46,446 nucleotides of DNA from Kurthia senegalensis (lineage in GTDB: Bacteria > Bacteroidota > Bacteroidia > Bacteroidales > UBA932): the NCBI GenBank assembly GCA_963620825.1, contig CAVFAZ010000061.1:1-46446 (forward strand), read 5' to 3'. This document shows, piece after piece, positions 10,715-18,798 of the stretch; within the stretch, counting starts at the first letter, position 1, and each line of letters starts with the position of its first letter. Position numbers and translations under genes: made by a program. Below the pieces are notes generated by a model that was not told the origin of the DNA, did no database searches, and saw only the letters and a list, made by a program, of their open reading frames with translations.

Positions 10715-12115
10715 TTACAATATCTTGAATACTTCTTCAACTATTTCTCTCTCGTCGAAATGCAGTTTCTGCGTTCCGATGACCTGATACGTCTCGTGAC
10801 CCTTGCCCGCCAGCAGAACCGCAGCGCCCTGCGGAGCGGTCATCAGCGCGGCCCTTATCGCCTCGCGCCTGTCGCAGATAAAGAGCGACTTGGCGATTCC
10901 TGCAGGGCTGAAACCCTTGCGGATTTCATCCAATATGCCTTCGGCGTTCTCCGTTCTCGGATTGTCCGAGGTCACGAAGATGCGGTCCGCGTATTTCTCG
11001 GCGATTGCCGCCATCTCCGGACGTTTGCTTCTGTCGCGGTCGCCTCCGCAGCCGAACAGGCAGATCAGCTGCTTTTCCGGAGCGATGTCCCTGAGGGTCC
11101 TGAGGACGTTGTCCAATGCGTCCGGCGTGTGCGCGTAGTCGATTATGACGCTCAGTCCGCGCGGTCCGCGAAGCGTCTCCAGACGTCCCGGCGCCGACTC
11201 CAGACTGCTGAGTGCGACCAGAACCTCCTGCGGGGCTGCGCCCAATTCCACGGCGGCGCTGTAAATCGCGAGCAGGTTATATGCGTTGTGGCCTCCGATG
11301 AGTCTGGTCCATACGTCCTGTCCGTCTATTCTCAGCTCCATTCCGTCGAAGCTCTCCTCGATGATTTTCGCCGTGTGGTCGGCCATATTCCTGCAGGAAT
11401 AGGTGACGGTTCTGGCCTTGCAGTTCTGAACCATAACGCTTCCGTTCCTGTCGTCTGTGTTGATGATGGCCACCGCATCTTCAGGAAGGCTGTCGAAGAA
11501 CAGCTTCTTGCATCTGAGGTACTCCGCGAAGGTCTTGTGGTAGTCCAGATGGTCGTGGGTGAGATTCGAGAAGATGCCTTCGCAGAAATGCAGCCCTGCC
11601 ACCCTGTCCTGAACCATTCCGATGGAACTTACCTCCATAAAGCAGTACTCGCAGCCCTCTGCGGCCATTTCCGCCATCAGGGCATTTATGGTTATCGGGT
11701 CAGCCGTGGTGTTTTCGGTTTCGCTGCGCCTTTCCCCCACATAATTCGCTATGGTCGAGAGCAGTCCGCAGCTGTAGCCCAGAGACTTGAAAAGATTGTA
11801 GAGGAGAGTCACTGTCGTGGTCTTGCCGTTGGTCCCGGTGATGCCCACCAGATGCAGCTTTTCCGACGGGTGGTCGTAGAAGTTCCCTGCGCAGAGTGCC
11901 AATGCCTTTCTGTCGGCTGAAACCACTGCCGCCGCTCCGGCCTCTTTCGCGGCCTCGATGTATTTGTGCCCGTCCGTGCTGCAGCCGTTCACCGCAATGA
12001 ACAGTGAACCCGGCGTCGCCTTGCGCGAGTCGCAGCAGATGGCAGGAATCTCCATATCCGGAGTTCCCGTCACTATTTCGGCACCTGTGCCTTTTATGAT
12101 ATCTTCAAGTCTCAT
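10715..12115 (-). CDS. murE: UDP-MurNAc-dipeptide--meso-diaminopimelate ligase
   Basis: GTNGKTT, MEVSS, DHLDYH, DYAHTPD and the DNPR (DAP specificity) motif. Start MRLEDII at 12115 overlaps the ftsI stop (ATGA); the ORF-track extension to 12208 is unlikely. Confidence 0.96.
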   Translation of the reverse strand: MRLEDIIKGTGAEIVTGTPDMEIPAICCDSRKATPGSLFIAVNGCSTDGHKYIEAAKEAGAAAVVSADRKALALCAGNFYDHPSEKLHLVGITGTNGKTTTVTLLYNLFKSLGYSCGLLSTIANYVGERRSETENTTADPITINALMAEMAAEGCEYCFMEVSSIGMVQDRVAGLHFCEGIFSNLTHDHLDYHKTFAEYLRCKKLFFDSLPEDAVAIINTDDRNGSVMVQNCKARTVTYSCRNMADHTAKIIEESFDGMELRIDGQDVWTRLIGGHNAYNLLAIYSAAVELGAAPQEVLVALSSLESAPGRLETLRGPRGLSVIIDYAHTPDALDNVLRTLRDIAPEKQLICLFGCGGDRDRSKRPEMAAIAEKYADRIFVTSDNPRTENAEGILDEIRKGFSPAGIAKSLFICDRREAIRAALMTAPQGAAVLLAGKGHETYQVIGTQKLHFDEREIVEEVFKIL

Positions 12116-14235
12116 TTCAATGTTATGCTTACTGTCTGGCCTTTTTTCAATACCTTTCCGGCGGCCGGGTCCTGGCCGGTCACGTGACCCACTCCGCTGT
12201 AGGAACACTTCAGGCCGTTGTTTTCTATGGCCTGCACGGCGTCCCTGAGCCCCATTCCCTTCAGGTTCGGAACCACGCCGTCTTCGGCTGCCGCCTCCGG
12301 GGCCGGTGCCATATCAGGCACGGAACCTGACGGTTCCACTTCCTGTCTCCAGTATGGATCTATCGCATATATGCCGTCCACAACGTCCCTGATGGCCTGG
12401 GCCGGAAGGGTTCCGCCGTAGAAGCTCTCAGGCGAAAGCACCGAATATACCGTGCAGATGGCACTGTACTGAGGGTCTTCCGCAGGGAAGAAACATACGA
12501 AGGTTCCCTGGTTCTTTATCCTTCCCAGTTCGTCCGTGTATTTGCCCGCAGAGGTCTTGCTGTCGTACTGGTCGAGGACGATCTGCGCCGTCCCGGTCTT
12601 TCCGGCCACCTGGCACTTGGCGCCCTTTACCCTGGAGCCGGTACCCTTCTTCACCACGTTGAGAAGTCCCGCGGTAAGGGTGTCGGCTGTCTCCCTGGAA
12701 CAGATGGCCGCGTTCAATATGCTCGGACCGCGCTTTTCCTTCACCGCTCCGTCTTTCTCGATGCTCTCCACCAGATACGGCTTCATCATCTTTCCCTTGT
12801 TCGCGATGGCGTTGTAGAACGTCAGGATGTGCAGGGGAGTCTCAGTCACGGAATAGCCGTATGCCACGGTGGCAAGCGATGAGCGGGACCAGTAAGGACT
12901 GCCCGGAGAAGGCAGCACAGGGGTCGCCATTCCGTCCAGATCGAAGTCGAAGGCCTGTCCCAGCTTGAAGGAATACAGGTTGTCGATGAATTTCTTCGGC
13001 TCCTTTCCGTAATGGTGTGACACCAGATAGGAGAACAGGTAGTTCGAGGATACCTGGAGTCCGTATATGATAGGGATGTTTTCGCTCCTGAATTCATCCA
13101 CATACTCTCTTATGTGTTTGTCGAATCTGCCGGTTTCCCTCGTCACGCCGATGGAGCCGGCTCCGTCCCTGGCTGGAACGGTCTCGTAGAGCGACTTCAC
13201 GAAGCCGTCGTTCATAAGGCTCATCAGAGTGGCTACCTTGAAGATGGAACCCGGTTCACCGGCACGTCCCACCGCATAGTTCGTGGACTCTTCAGTGGTT
13301 CCCGTTTCAGGGTCGCGGCGCAGGTTCACCATAGCCCTGATGGCGCCTGTTTTTACTTCCATCACGACGAGGCATCCGCCTTCAATGCGTCTGTTGGTGT
13401 CAATCTGAGCCCTCAGCGCCTTGTCTGCAATGTCCTGGAAGTCGATGTCAATCGTGGTTCTGAGGTCATCTCCGTCCACCGGACGCACATAGACACTGTC
13501 GAGGTCTCTGATCCTCGCTCCGGCATCGCTTCTCTTCATATACTCGTAGCCGTCCTTGCCGTGCAGGACATAGTCGAAGCGGCCTTCCAGGCCAATATGG
13601 TTGTTCGTGCTGGCTTCCGTGTTGCTGCGGATGAAGCCTATGGTGCGTCTGGCCAGTTTCCCGTAAGGGTAGCGGCGCACTTCCTCCCTGTCCGCTATGA
13701 GGCCTCCGATATTACGGCCCTGATTGAAGAGCGGGAGCTTCTTCAGTTGCAGCAGGGTCTCATAATCCACTTTCTTCCCCAGAACCCGGTACTGCCTTCC
13801 GGCTTTGCGGTCGGAAAGAATCTGTTCATAATACTGGCCTGCGGTCTTTTCCGGGAAGAATTCCGGAAGTCTGGCTGCAAGAAGGCGTGCGGAATCCCTC
13901 CAGGCCTGCTCTTTCTCCGCCCCTTTCTCCTTGTCCTCCCTGAAGGCCTTCTTCTGGACAGAACAGTCCATACCTATGGTATAGGTGGCTGAGGAGGTGG
14001 CGAGAGTGCGGCCGTCGCGCGAGAGGATTTCGCCTCTGGTAGGGTAGAGGACGGTACGGTTGCTTTTCGGGGTGAGGACCGCCAGGATTTTCGCTTCGGG
14101 TTTGAATCCCACCAAGATATAGAGAACCTTGAGGACCACGACGAAGGCCAGGACAAGGAACAGCAGATAGAAGGCATACAGCGCCTTTCCGATGCTGTAT
14201 CCCTTGTTCTTCTGTATGTTGCGCTTTTCAGCCAT
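12112..14235 (-). CDS. ftsI: Class B penicillin-binding protein FtsI with C-terminal PASTA domain
   Basis: N-terminal TM helix, RGEILSRDG, EPGSIFK (SxxK), SSN (SxN), KTGTAQ, and a VPNLKGMGLRDA PASTA domain. Confidence 0.94.
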   Translation of the reverse strand: MAEKRNIQKNKGYSIGKALYAFYLLFLVLAFVVVLKVLYILVGFKPEAKILAVLTPKSNRTVLYPTRGEILSRDGRTLATSSATYTIGMDCSVQKKAFREDKEKGAEKEQAWRDSARLLAARLPEFFPEKTAGQYYEQILSDRKAGRQYRVLGKKVDYETLLQLKKLPLFNQGRNIGGLIADREEVRRYPYGKLARRTIGFIRSNTEASTNNHIGLEGRFDYVLHGKDGYEYMKRSDAGARIRDLDSVYVRPVDGDDLRTTIDIDFQDIADKALRAQIDTNRRIEGGCLVVMEVKTGAIRAMVNLRRDPETGTTEESTNYAVGRAGEPGSIFKVATLMSLMNDGFVKSLYETVPARDGAGSIGVTRETGRFDKHIREYVDEFRSENIPIIYGLQVSSNYLFSYLVSHHYGKEPKKFIDNLYSFKLGQAFDFDLDGMATPVLPSPGSPYWSRSSLATVAYGYSVTETPLHILTFYNAIANKGKMMKPYLVESIEKDGAVKEKRGPSILNAAICSRETADTLTAGLLNVVKKGTGSRVKGAKCQVAGKTGTAQIVLDQYDSKTSAGKYTDELGRIKNQGTFVCFFPAEDPQYSAICTVYSVLSPESFYGGTLPAQAIRDVVDGIYAIDPYWRQEVEPSGSVPDMAPAPEAAAEDGVVPNLKGMGLRDAVQAIENNGLKCSYSGVGHVTGQDPAAGKVLKKGQTVSITLK

Positions 14236-14275
14236 ATCTTCTGCTTTCCTTCCGGACTCTCCGGTCCTTCACGTT

Positions 14276-14746
14276 TTATCGGTTTTTCTCTTTCTTTGTT
14301 CCGGGCTTTTTCAGTCTGAAGGCCGCTTCTGCAGGTTCCTGCAGCTGCGAGCCCATATCCTTCAGCATATCCTCCAGTGTGGAGCGGCGGTTGATGCTCT
14401 TCATTCTGAATTCCAGACTGGCGTTCTGGGTTTCCAACTCTTTGAGTGTCACTTTGTTTCGCTCCACCTTGGCCAGTGTGGTATCGACTCCGAGGTTGAA
14501 CCAGATGAACATCGCGATGAGAAAGAACATCCATACCACGTGGATGAAATACTGTCCGATGTTCAGTCTCAGAAGCAGTTCACCCTTGAAGATGGCCTTC
14601 ATGGTATTCTTCAGGAACTGCCCTATATCCTGGAGCTTCCACTTCCTTTCACCCTCTGTGGCCCGGGAGGTCTTGTTTTCCTCTTCCGTCACAGGGGCCT
14701 CCGTCAGTATCCTTTCCTCTCCCGTCTTCAGTCTTTCATCTTCCAT
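14276..14746 (-). CDS. ftsL: FtsL-like cell division protein
   Basis: Single TM helix followed by a coiled coil; lies between rsmH and ftsI. Confidence 0.8.
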   Translation of the reverse strand: MEDERLKTGEERILTEAPVTEEENKTSRATEGERKWKLQDIGQFLKNTMKAIFKGELLLRLNIGQYFIHVVWMFFLIAMFIWFNLGVDTTLAKVERNKVTLKELETQNASLEFRMKSINRRSTLEDMLKDMGSQLQEPAEAAFRLKKPGTKKEKNR

Positions 14747-15843
14747 TACCGGGTCCTCCTGTCTCTTTCGGGATTGGACGAAGTCCTTTCGCCGGATGTT
14801 TCTGAATCAAGCTTCTGAGCGATGCGGAGCTTTGCGCTGCGAGCTCTCGTATTGGCCGAGATTTCGGCCTCGGAAGGGAGGATCGGCTTGCGGTTCACGG
14901 CCTCCAGGGGAGTGTCGCAGCGGCCATAGACGTCCCGCTCCACGCGTCCCTCGATGTTGCCGCTCTTTATGAAGTTTTTCACCATCCTGTCCTCGAGGGA
15001 CTGGTAGGTGATTACGACGAGCCTTCCGCCGGGTTTCAGCGCGTCCGCCGCGCCTTGCAGGAATTTCTCGAGGGAGCGCATTTCGTCGTTCACTTCGATG
15101 CGCAGGGCCTGATAGACCTTGGCGAGGAACTTGTGTTCGGCGTAAGGCGGCAGAACCGGGCTCAGAACGGCGTTCAGCTCGGTGGTGGTGCTGATTGGGG
15201 CCTTGGCTCTCGCATTGATTATCAGCGAGGTAAGCTTGCGGGCACCTTCCAGTTCGCCATAGAGGCGGAAGATTCTTTCGAGGTCTGCCGCTTCGTAGGT
15301 GTTCACCACTTTCGCGGCGTCCTTCTCGGCCAGGGCGTTCATCCTCATATCCAGGGCGGCGTCGAAGCGGAAGGAAAAGCCCCTTTCCGCTGTGTCGAAC
15401 TGGTGGGACGAGACTCCGAGGTCGGCGAGGATGCCATCGACTATGCCGCCGGCAGCGCCGATTTTCCCGGCGGTTGCGGTTTCTCTTCCGGCACCGCGCG
15501 GATTCCTCTCCGCGGCACCGTTGTTTATACCGGACTTCAGACTGTCGTCCATATCGCGTTCCCGGAAATCGCGTGCGGCCTTGTGGGCCTCCAGGAGCGC
15601 GAAGTTATGGACGAATCTGAAGTTGTTGTGTATCAATGTGAAACGGCTGTCGCCCGGGCAGTTTGCGAGTGCGTCGCTGTCACGGTCGAAAGCCAGCAGT
15701 TTTCCGGTAGGGGAGAGGCGTGAAAGTATTTCGGCTGAATGTCCGCCGCCGCCGAATGTGGCGTCGATGTAGAGTCCTGACGGGTCGGAGATGAGGGCGG
15801 AAACGCTCTCATCCAGAAGGACGGGGATATGATATTCTGACAT
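14746..15843 (-). CDS. rsmH: 16S rRNA m4C1402 methyltransferase RsmH (MraW), with an internal insertion
   Basis: HIPVLL, DATFGGGGHS, DLGVSSHQFD, RGFSF, QALRIEVNDE, SLEDRMVK and RARSAKLR motifs. Confidence 0.97.
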   Translation of the reverse strand: MSEYHIPVLLDESVSALISDPSGLYIDATFGGGGHSAEILSRLSPTGKLLAFDRDSDALANCPGDSRFTLIHNNFRFVHNFALLEAHKAARDFRERDMDDSLKSGINNGAAERNPRGAGRETATAGKIGAAGGIVDGILADLGVSSHQFDTAERGFSFRFDAALDMRMNALAEKDAAKVVNTYEAADLERIFRLYGELEGARKLTSLIINARAKAPISTTTELNAVLSPVLPPYAEHKFLAKVYQALRIEVNDEMRSLEKFLQGAADALKPGGRLVVITYQSLEDRMVKNFIKSGNIEGRVERDVYGRCDTPLEAVNRKPILPSEAEISANTRARSAKLRIAQKLDSETSGERTSSNPERDRRTR

Positions 15844-15854
15844 TTCCGGACCTC

Positions 15855-16307
15855 CTATCTTCTTTCAGGGAGTTTTCCGGCTATTTCTACGAATTCTTCA
15901 TTTGAGAGGGCTGAGGCCTCGAATTTTTCCTTGGCCCAGATCTCTATCTTGTAGTCGCTACCCGAGAAAACCACATCTTTGGTTACACCTATCTGCTCCA
16001 GCAGTTCTTTGGAGATGCTGATGCGGCCGAATTTCGGGTCTGGTTCCACGAGATCGCGCCCGCGCGTATATTCTCTCCAGAATTTCTCGTGCTCAAGATT
16101 GAATTTGTCGAGACGGGCCCGGGTTTCCTCGGACTGTCTCTGCCACTCTTCGAAGGTGTACATTTCCAGGCAGGGGGCGAAGATGTCTTTCTTCACCACA
16201 AACCTCATGTCACCACCTTCGGGCAGCATTTTCTTCAATGCCGAAGGGAAGACAAGTCTCCCTTTGTCATCGAGTTTGGATGGATAGCTGCCAATAAAAG
16301 TGACCAT
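15855..16307 (-). CDS. mraZ: Division/cell wall cluster transcriptional repressor MraZ
   Basis: FIGSYPSKLDDKGRL and a second DPKFGRI repeat, IEIW motif; first gene of the dcw operon. Confidence 0.93.
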   Translation of the reverse strand: MVTFIGSYPSKLDDKGRLVFPSALKKMLPEGGDMRFVVKKDIFAPCLEMYTFEEWQRQSEETRARLDKFNLEHEKFWREYTRGRDLVEPDPKFGRISISKELLEQIGVTKDVVFSGSDYKIEIWAKEKFEASALSNEEFVEIAGKLPERR

Positions 16308-16336
16308 AATTGTTTATTTCTTTCACGCGATTGGCA

Positions 16337-16344
16337 CAAAGATA
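16337..16344 (-). promoter_or_regulatory. Bacteroidota sigma-A -7 box of the dcw operon
   Basis: TATCTTTG on the minus strand (consensus TAnnTTTG), about 30 bp upstream of mraZ. Confidence 0.75.
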
Positions 16345-16355
16345 CAAACAATTTT

Positions 16356-16389
16356 CCACTTTCTTCCCTTTTCTTACAATTTTTTCCAC
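16356..16389 (-). promoter_or_regulatory. Putative MraZ operator (10-bp-phased GTGG-like boxes)
   Basis: Minus strand reads GTGG aaaaaa TTGT aagaaa AGGG aagaaa GTGG at exact 10-bp spacing, overlapping the mraZ promoter. Confidence 0.65.
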
Positions 16390-16461
16390 ACTTCTTTTTC
16401 CCTCACTGTCTTCGCCGTCCTGTTTTGCCCTCCGGTCGGCCAAACGGCAGAGAAAAATGGA

Positions 16462-16546
16462 TTCGGTGTGAAAAAGGCCCCTTTTTCACACCGAAGGTCT
16501 CAGAAAAGGCGTTCGGTGTGAAAAACATAGGGTTTTTCACACCGAA
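16462..16546. repeat. Two tandem REP-like palindromes (TTCGGTGTGAAAAA...TTTTTCACACCGAA), 50-bp period
   Basis: Copies at 16462-16495 and 16512-16546, each with a perfect arm of about 15 bp; related copy at 28904-28934. Confidence 0.9.
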
Positions 16547-16560
16547 TCCGCTTATGCCAG

Positions 16561-16741
16561 GCGGCAGAGGAGCGTCGCCCGGCTTGCCGCAATCGTCCCC
16601 TGACAGGGGACTACAGGGGTTAAGAGACGCTCTGCGCCTCGGCAATGCGGCAGAGGAGCGTCGCCCGGCTTGCCGCAATCGTCCCCTGACAGGGGACTAC
16701 AGGGGTTAAGAGACGCTCTGCGCCTCGGCAATGCGGCAGAG
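16561..16741. repeat. Exact 86-bp tandem duplication containing the miaB stop codon and a GTCCCCT-gac-AGGGGAC hairpin
   Basis: 16561-16646 is identical to 16647-16732; a third partial unit starts at 16733 inside miaB. Confidence 0.95.
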
Positions 16742-18178
16742 CAGCGTTGCCGAGGTGCAGTCGGTGACAATCACATCGACATAGTCGCCGACTTTATGCG
16801 TGGTATCAGGGAAGACGCACATCTTGTTATTCGAGGCGCGGCCGCAGAGTTCGTCCGGATTCTTTTTCGAGGGGCCCTCCACCAGAACGGTGAAACGCTT
16901 GCCGATGTCCCGGCGGTAACTCTCCAGACTCTTGCGGTTCTGGAGGGCGATGATTTCGTTGAGACGGCGCGTTTTCGTCTGAATATCAACGTCGTCCGGA
17001 TAGTTTCTCGCGGCGATGGTACCAGGCCTTTCGGAGTAGTAGAACATAAAGGCGGTATCAAATCCGACTTCCTCGAAAAGCGACAGGGTGTCCTGATGGT
17101 CCTGCTCGGTCTCGGAACAGAAGCCCGCAATCACATCGGTCGTGAGCCCGCAGTCCGGAATGACGCTGCGTATCTTCCTCACGCGCTCCAGATACCATTC
17201 GCGTGTGTAGCGGCGGCGCATCTTCTCCAGGATGCGGTCGCTGCCGGACTGCACCGGGAAATGAATGTGCTTGCAGATGTTGTCATATTTCGCCATTGTC
17301 CGGATGACTTCGTCGGAAAAGTCCTGAGGGTTCGAAGTGGAGAAGCGCACCCGCAGCAGCGGACTGATCTGCGCCACCATCTCCAGCAGCTGCGCGAAAG
17401 TCACATCGGAGTTGGACGCTTCAGCGGCCGCAGAACTTTCATCGGTTGTTTCGGAGCTCCTAACAGGCTGCGTCAGGCAGCGATCGGAGTGCGAGCCGGG
17501 CTGGCCTGTGAGATAGCTCGCGCGGAGATCCACTTCCCCCGTCTGGGGGACCGAGGGGGAATAATGATACGAATCCACATTCTGGCCGAGCAGAGTCACT
17601 TCGCGGTAGCCTTGGGCGAAGCAGTCGCAGGCTTCGCGTACGATGGTGCGAGGGTCGCGGCTGCGCTCGGCTCCACGGGTGTAAGGCACTACGCAGTAGG
17701 AACATACGTTGTTGCACCCGCGCATTATCGAGATGAACGCGGACACGCCGTTGCGGTCAATGCGCACCGGAGAGATGTCGCCGTAGGTCTCCTCGCGGGA
17801 GAGCAGCACGTCGATCTGCGGATGGCCCGGAAGGACTGCGTCGAGCAGCTTCGGCAGGCTTCTGTACGCGTCCGGGCCGGCGACGATGTCAACCTTGCCG
17901 GTTTCCAGAAGCTTGTCCTTCAGCCTCTCAGCCATACAGCCGAGAATGCCGACCACGACGCCGGCGCGCTCGCGCTTCTGAATGGCGAACTGGTCGATGC
18001 GCCCCCAGATGCGCTGCTCGGCGTTGTCCCTGATCGAGCAGGTGTTGGCGAAGATGACGTCCGCCTGAGAGATGTCCTCAGTCCTTTCGTATCCCGCCTT
18101 CCCGAGAATGGAGAACACCACTTCGGTGTCGTTCACGTTCATCTGGCAGCCGTATGTCTCGATATATACTTTCTTCAT
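16706..18178 (-). CDS. miaB: tRNA-2-methylthio-N6-isopentenyladenosine synthase MiaB
   Basis: ETYGCQMN, NTCSIRDNAE, GCMAER, radical-SAM CNNVCSYC, LLGQNV and a C-terminal TRAM domain. Start MKKVYIET at 18178. Carries an insertion of about 45 aa. Confidence 0.96.
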   Translation of the reverse strand: MKKVYIETYGCQMNVNDTEVVFSILGKAGYERTEDISQADVIFANTCSIRDNAEQRIWGRIDQFAIQKRERAGVVVGILGCMAERLKDKLLETGKVDIVAGPDAYRSLPKLLDAVLPGHPQIDVLLSREETYGDISPVRIDRNGVSAFISIMRGCNNVCSYCVVPYTRGAERSRDPRTIVREACDCFAQGYREVTLLGQNVDSYHYSPSVPQTGEVDLRASYLTGQPGSHSDRCLTQPVRSSETTDESSAAAEASNSDVTFAQLLEMVAQISPLLRVRFSTSNPQDFSDEVIRTMAKYDNICKHIHFPVQSGSDRILEKMRRRYTREWYLERVRKIRSVIPDCGLTTDVIAGFCSETEQDHQDTLSLFEEVGFDTAFMFYYSERPGTIAARNYPDDVDIQTKTRRLNEIIALQNRKSLESYRRDIGKRFTVLVEGPSKKNPDELCGRASNNKMCVFPDTTHKVGDYVDVIVTDCTSATLLCRIAEAQSVS

Positions 18179-18234
18179 AATCAAACACTTTAGAAGCCGG
18201 AGGGCAGCACTGCCGCACAAGCCCTGAATAACTT

Positions 18235-18249
18235 TGGCACGACCATTGC
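18235..18249 (+). promoter_or_regulatory. Sigma-54 -24/-12 promoter consensus
   Basis: TGGCACG-acca-TTGC (GG-N10-GC), 52 bp upstream of the operon that contains rpoN. Confidence 0.6.
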
Positions 18250-18262
18250 GGCCGGCGCAGCG

Positions 18263-18289
18263 CAAAGATAGGATTTTTTCTTATCTTTG
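18263..18289. promoter_or_regulatory. Back-to-back sigma-A -7 boxes for miaB (minus) and the LEA2-SPOR-rpoN operon (plus)
   Basis: CAAAGATA at 18263-18270 (TATCTTTG on minus) and TATCTTTG at 18282-18289. Confidence 0.7.
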
Positions 18290-18300
18290 CGTCCGGTACT

Positions 18301-18798
18301 ATGATGAAAAGAAAGAACATACTCCTCATTTTCGCTCTGACGCTCCTGGTGCCGGCCGCGACTTCCTGCGCAGGCTACCGCAACCTCAGCGTGAATGACT
18401 ACAAGGTGGAATCGCTGACTCCGAGGGGGATGCGGGCTGTCGATGCCGTAGTCGCGCTCGTCATCTACAACCCTTCGGCCGCATTCAGCGTATCCGACGT
18501 TCACGGAGTCATCCGCCATCAGGGAGAGCCGATAGCGACATTCTCCGCGGGCGAATTGACCGTGTCGCGCAAATGCGAACAGACGTACGACCTGTCGCTC
18601 AGCGGCGAGCTGGACCAGAGCACATCCATTGTCAAACTCCTGAAATTCCCGGGTTGGAAACCGGAAGACCTGACCCTGGACGTGGATGCCAAGGCGAAGC
18701 TCAAGTTCCTGGGGCTCTCGAAGAAATTCAGAATCCGCGACTACAGCCTGGCGGACATCAAGGAGGCTATGACTGAAACCGAAACCAAAAAGAAATGA
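18301..18798 (+). CDS. Putative lipoprotein, LEA type 2/WHy-like domain
   Basis: Signal peptide ending ATSC (lipobox-like); the V-IYNP...F-VSD-HG-I pattern is typical of LEA_2 beta-sandwiches. Family assigned by pattern only. Confidence 0.6.
   Translation: MMKRKNILLIFALTLLVPAATSCAGYRNLSVNDYKVESLTPRGMRAVDAVVALVIYNPSAAFSVSDVHGVIRHQGEPIATFSAGELTVSRKCEQTYDLSLSGELDQSTSIVKLLKFPGWKPEDLTLDVDAKAKLKFLGLSKKFRIRDYSLADIKEAMTETETKKK

Noticed and set aside
10715..10760. Absence of murF and ddl from the dcw cluster
   Set aside because: This is the usual Bacteroidota arrangement; these genes are normally located elsewhere.
16331..16348. TTGGCAC near mraZ as a sigma-54 site
   Set aside because: It has no GC at the -12 position and is oriented away from mraZ.
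16462..16741. Possible CRISPR mini-array
   Set aside because: The 86-bp units are identical with no unique spacers, the palindrome pair has only two units and a 16-nt gap, and there are no cas genes in the window.
18179..18260. Structured miaB 5' leader or riboswitch
   Set aside because: Only short GC-rich pairings are present, with no recognisable riboswitch consensus or terminator. An Rfam/Infernal search would be needed to support it.
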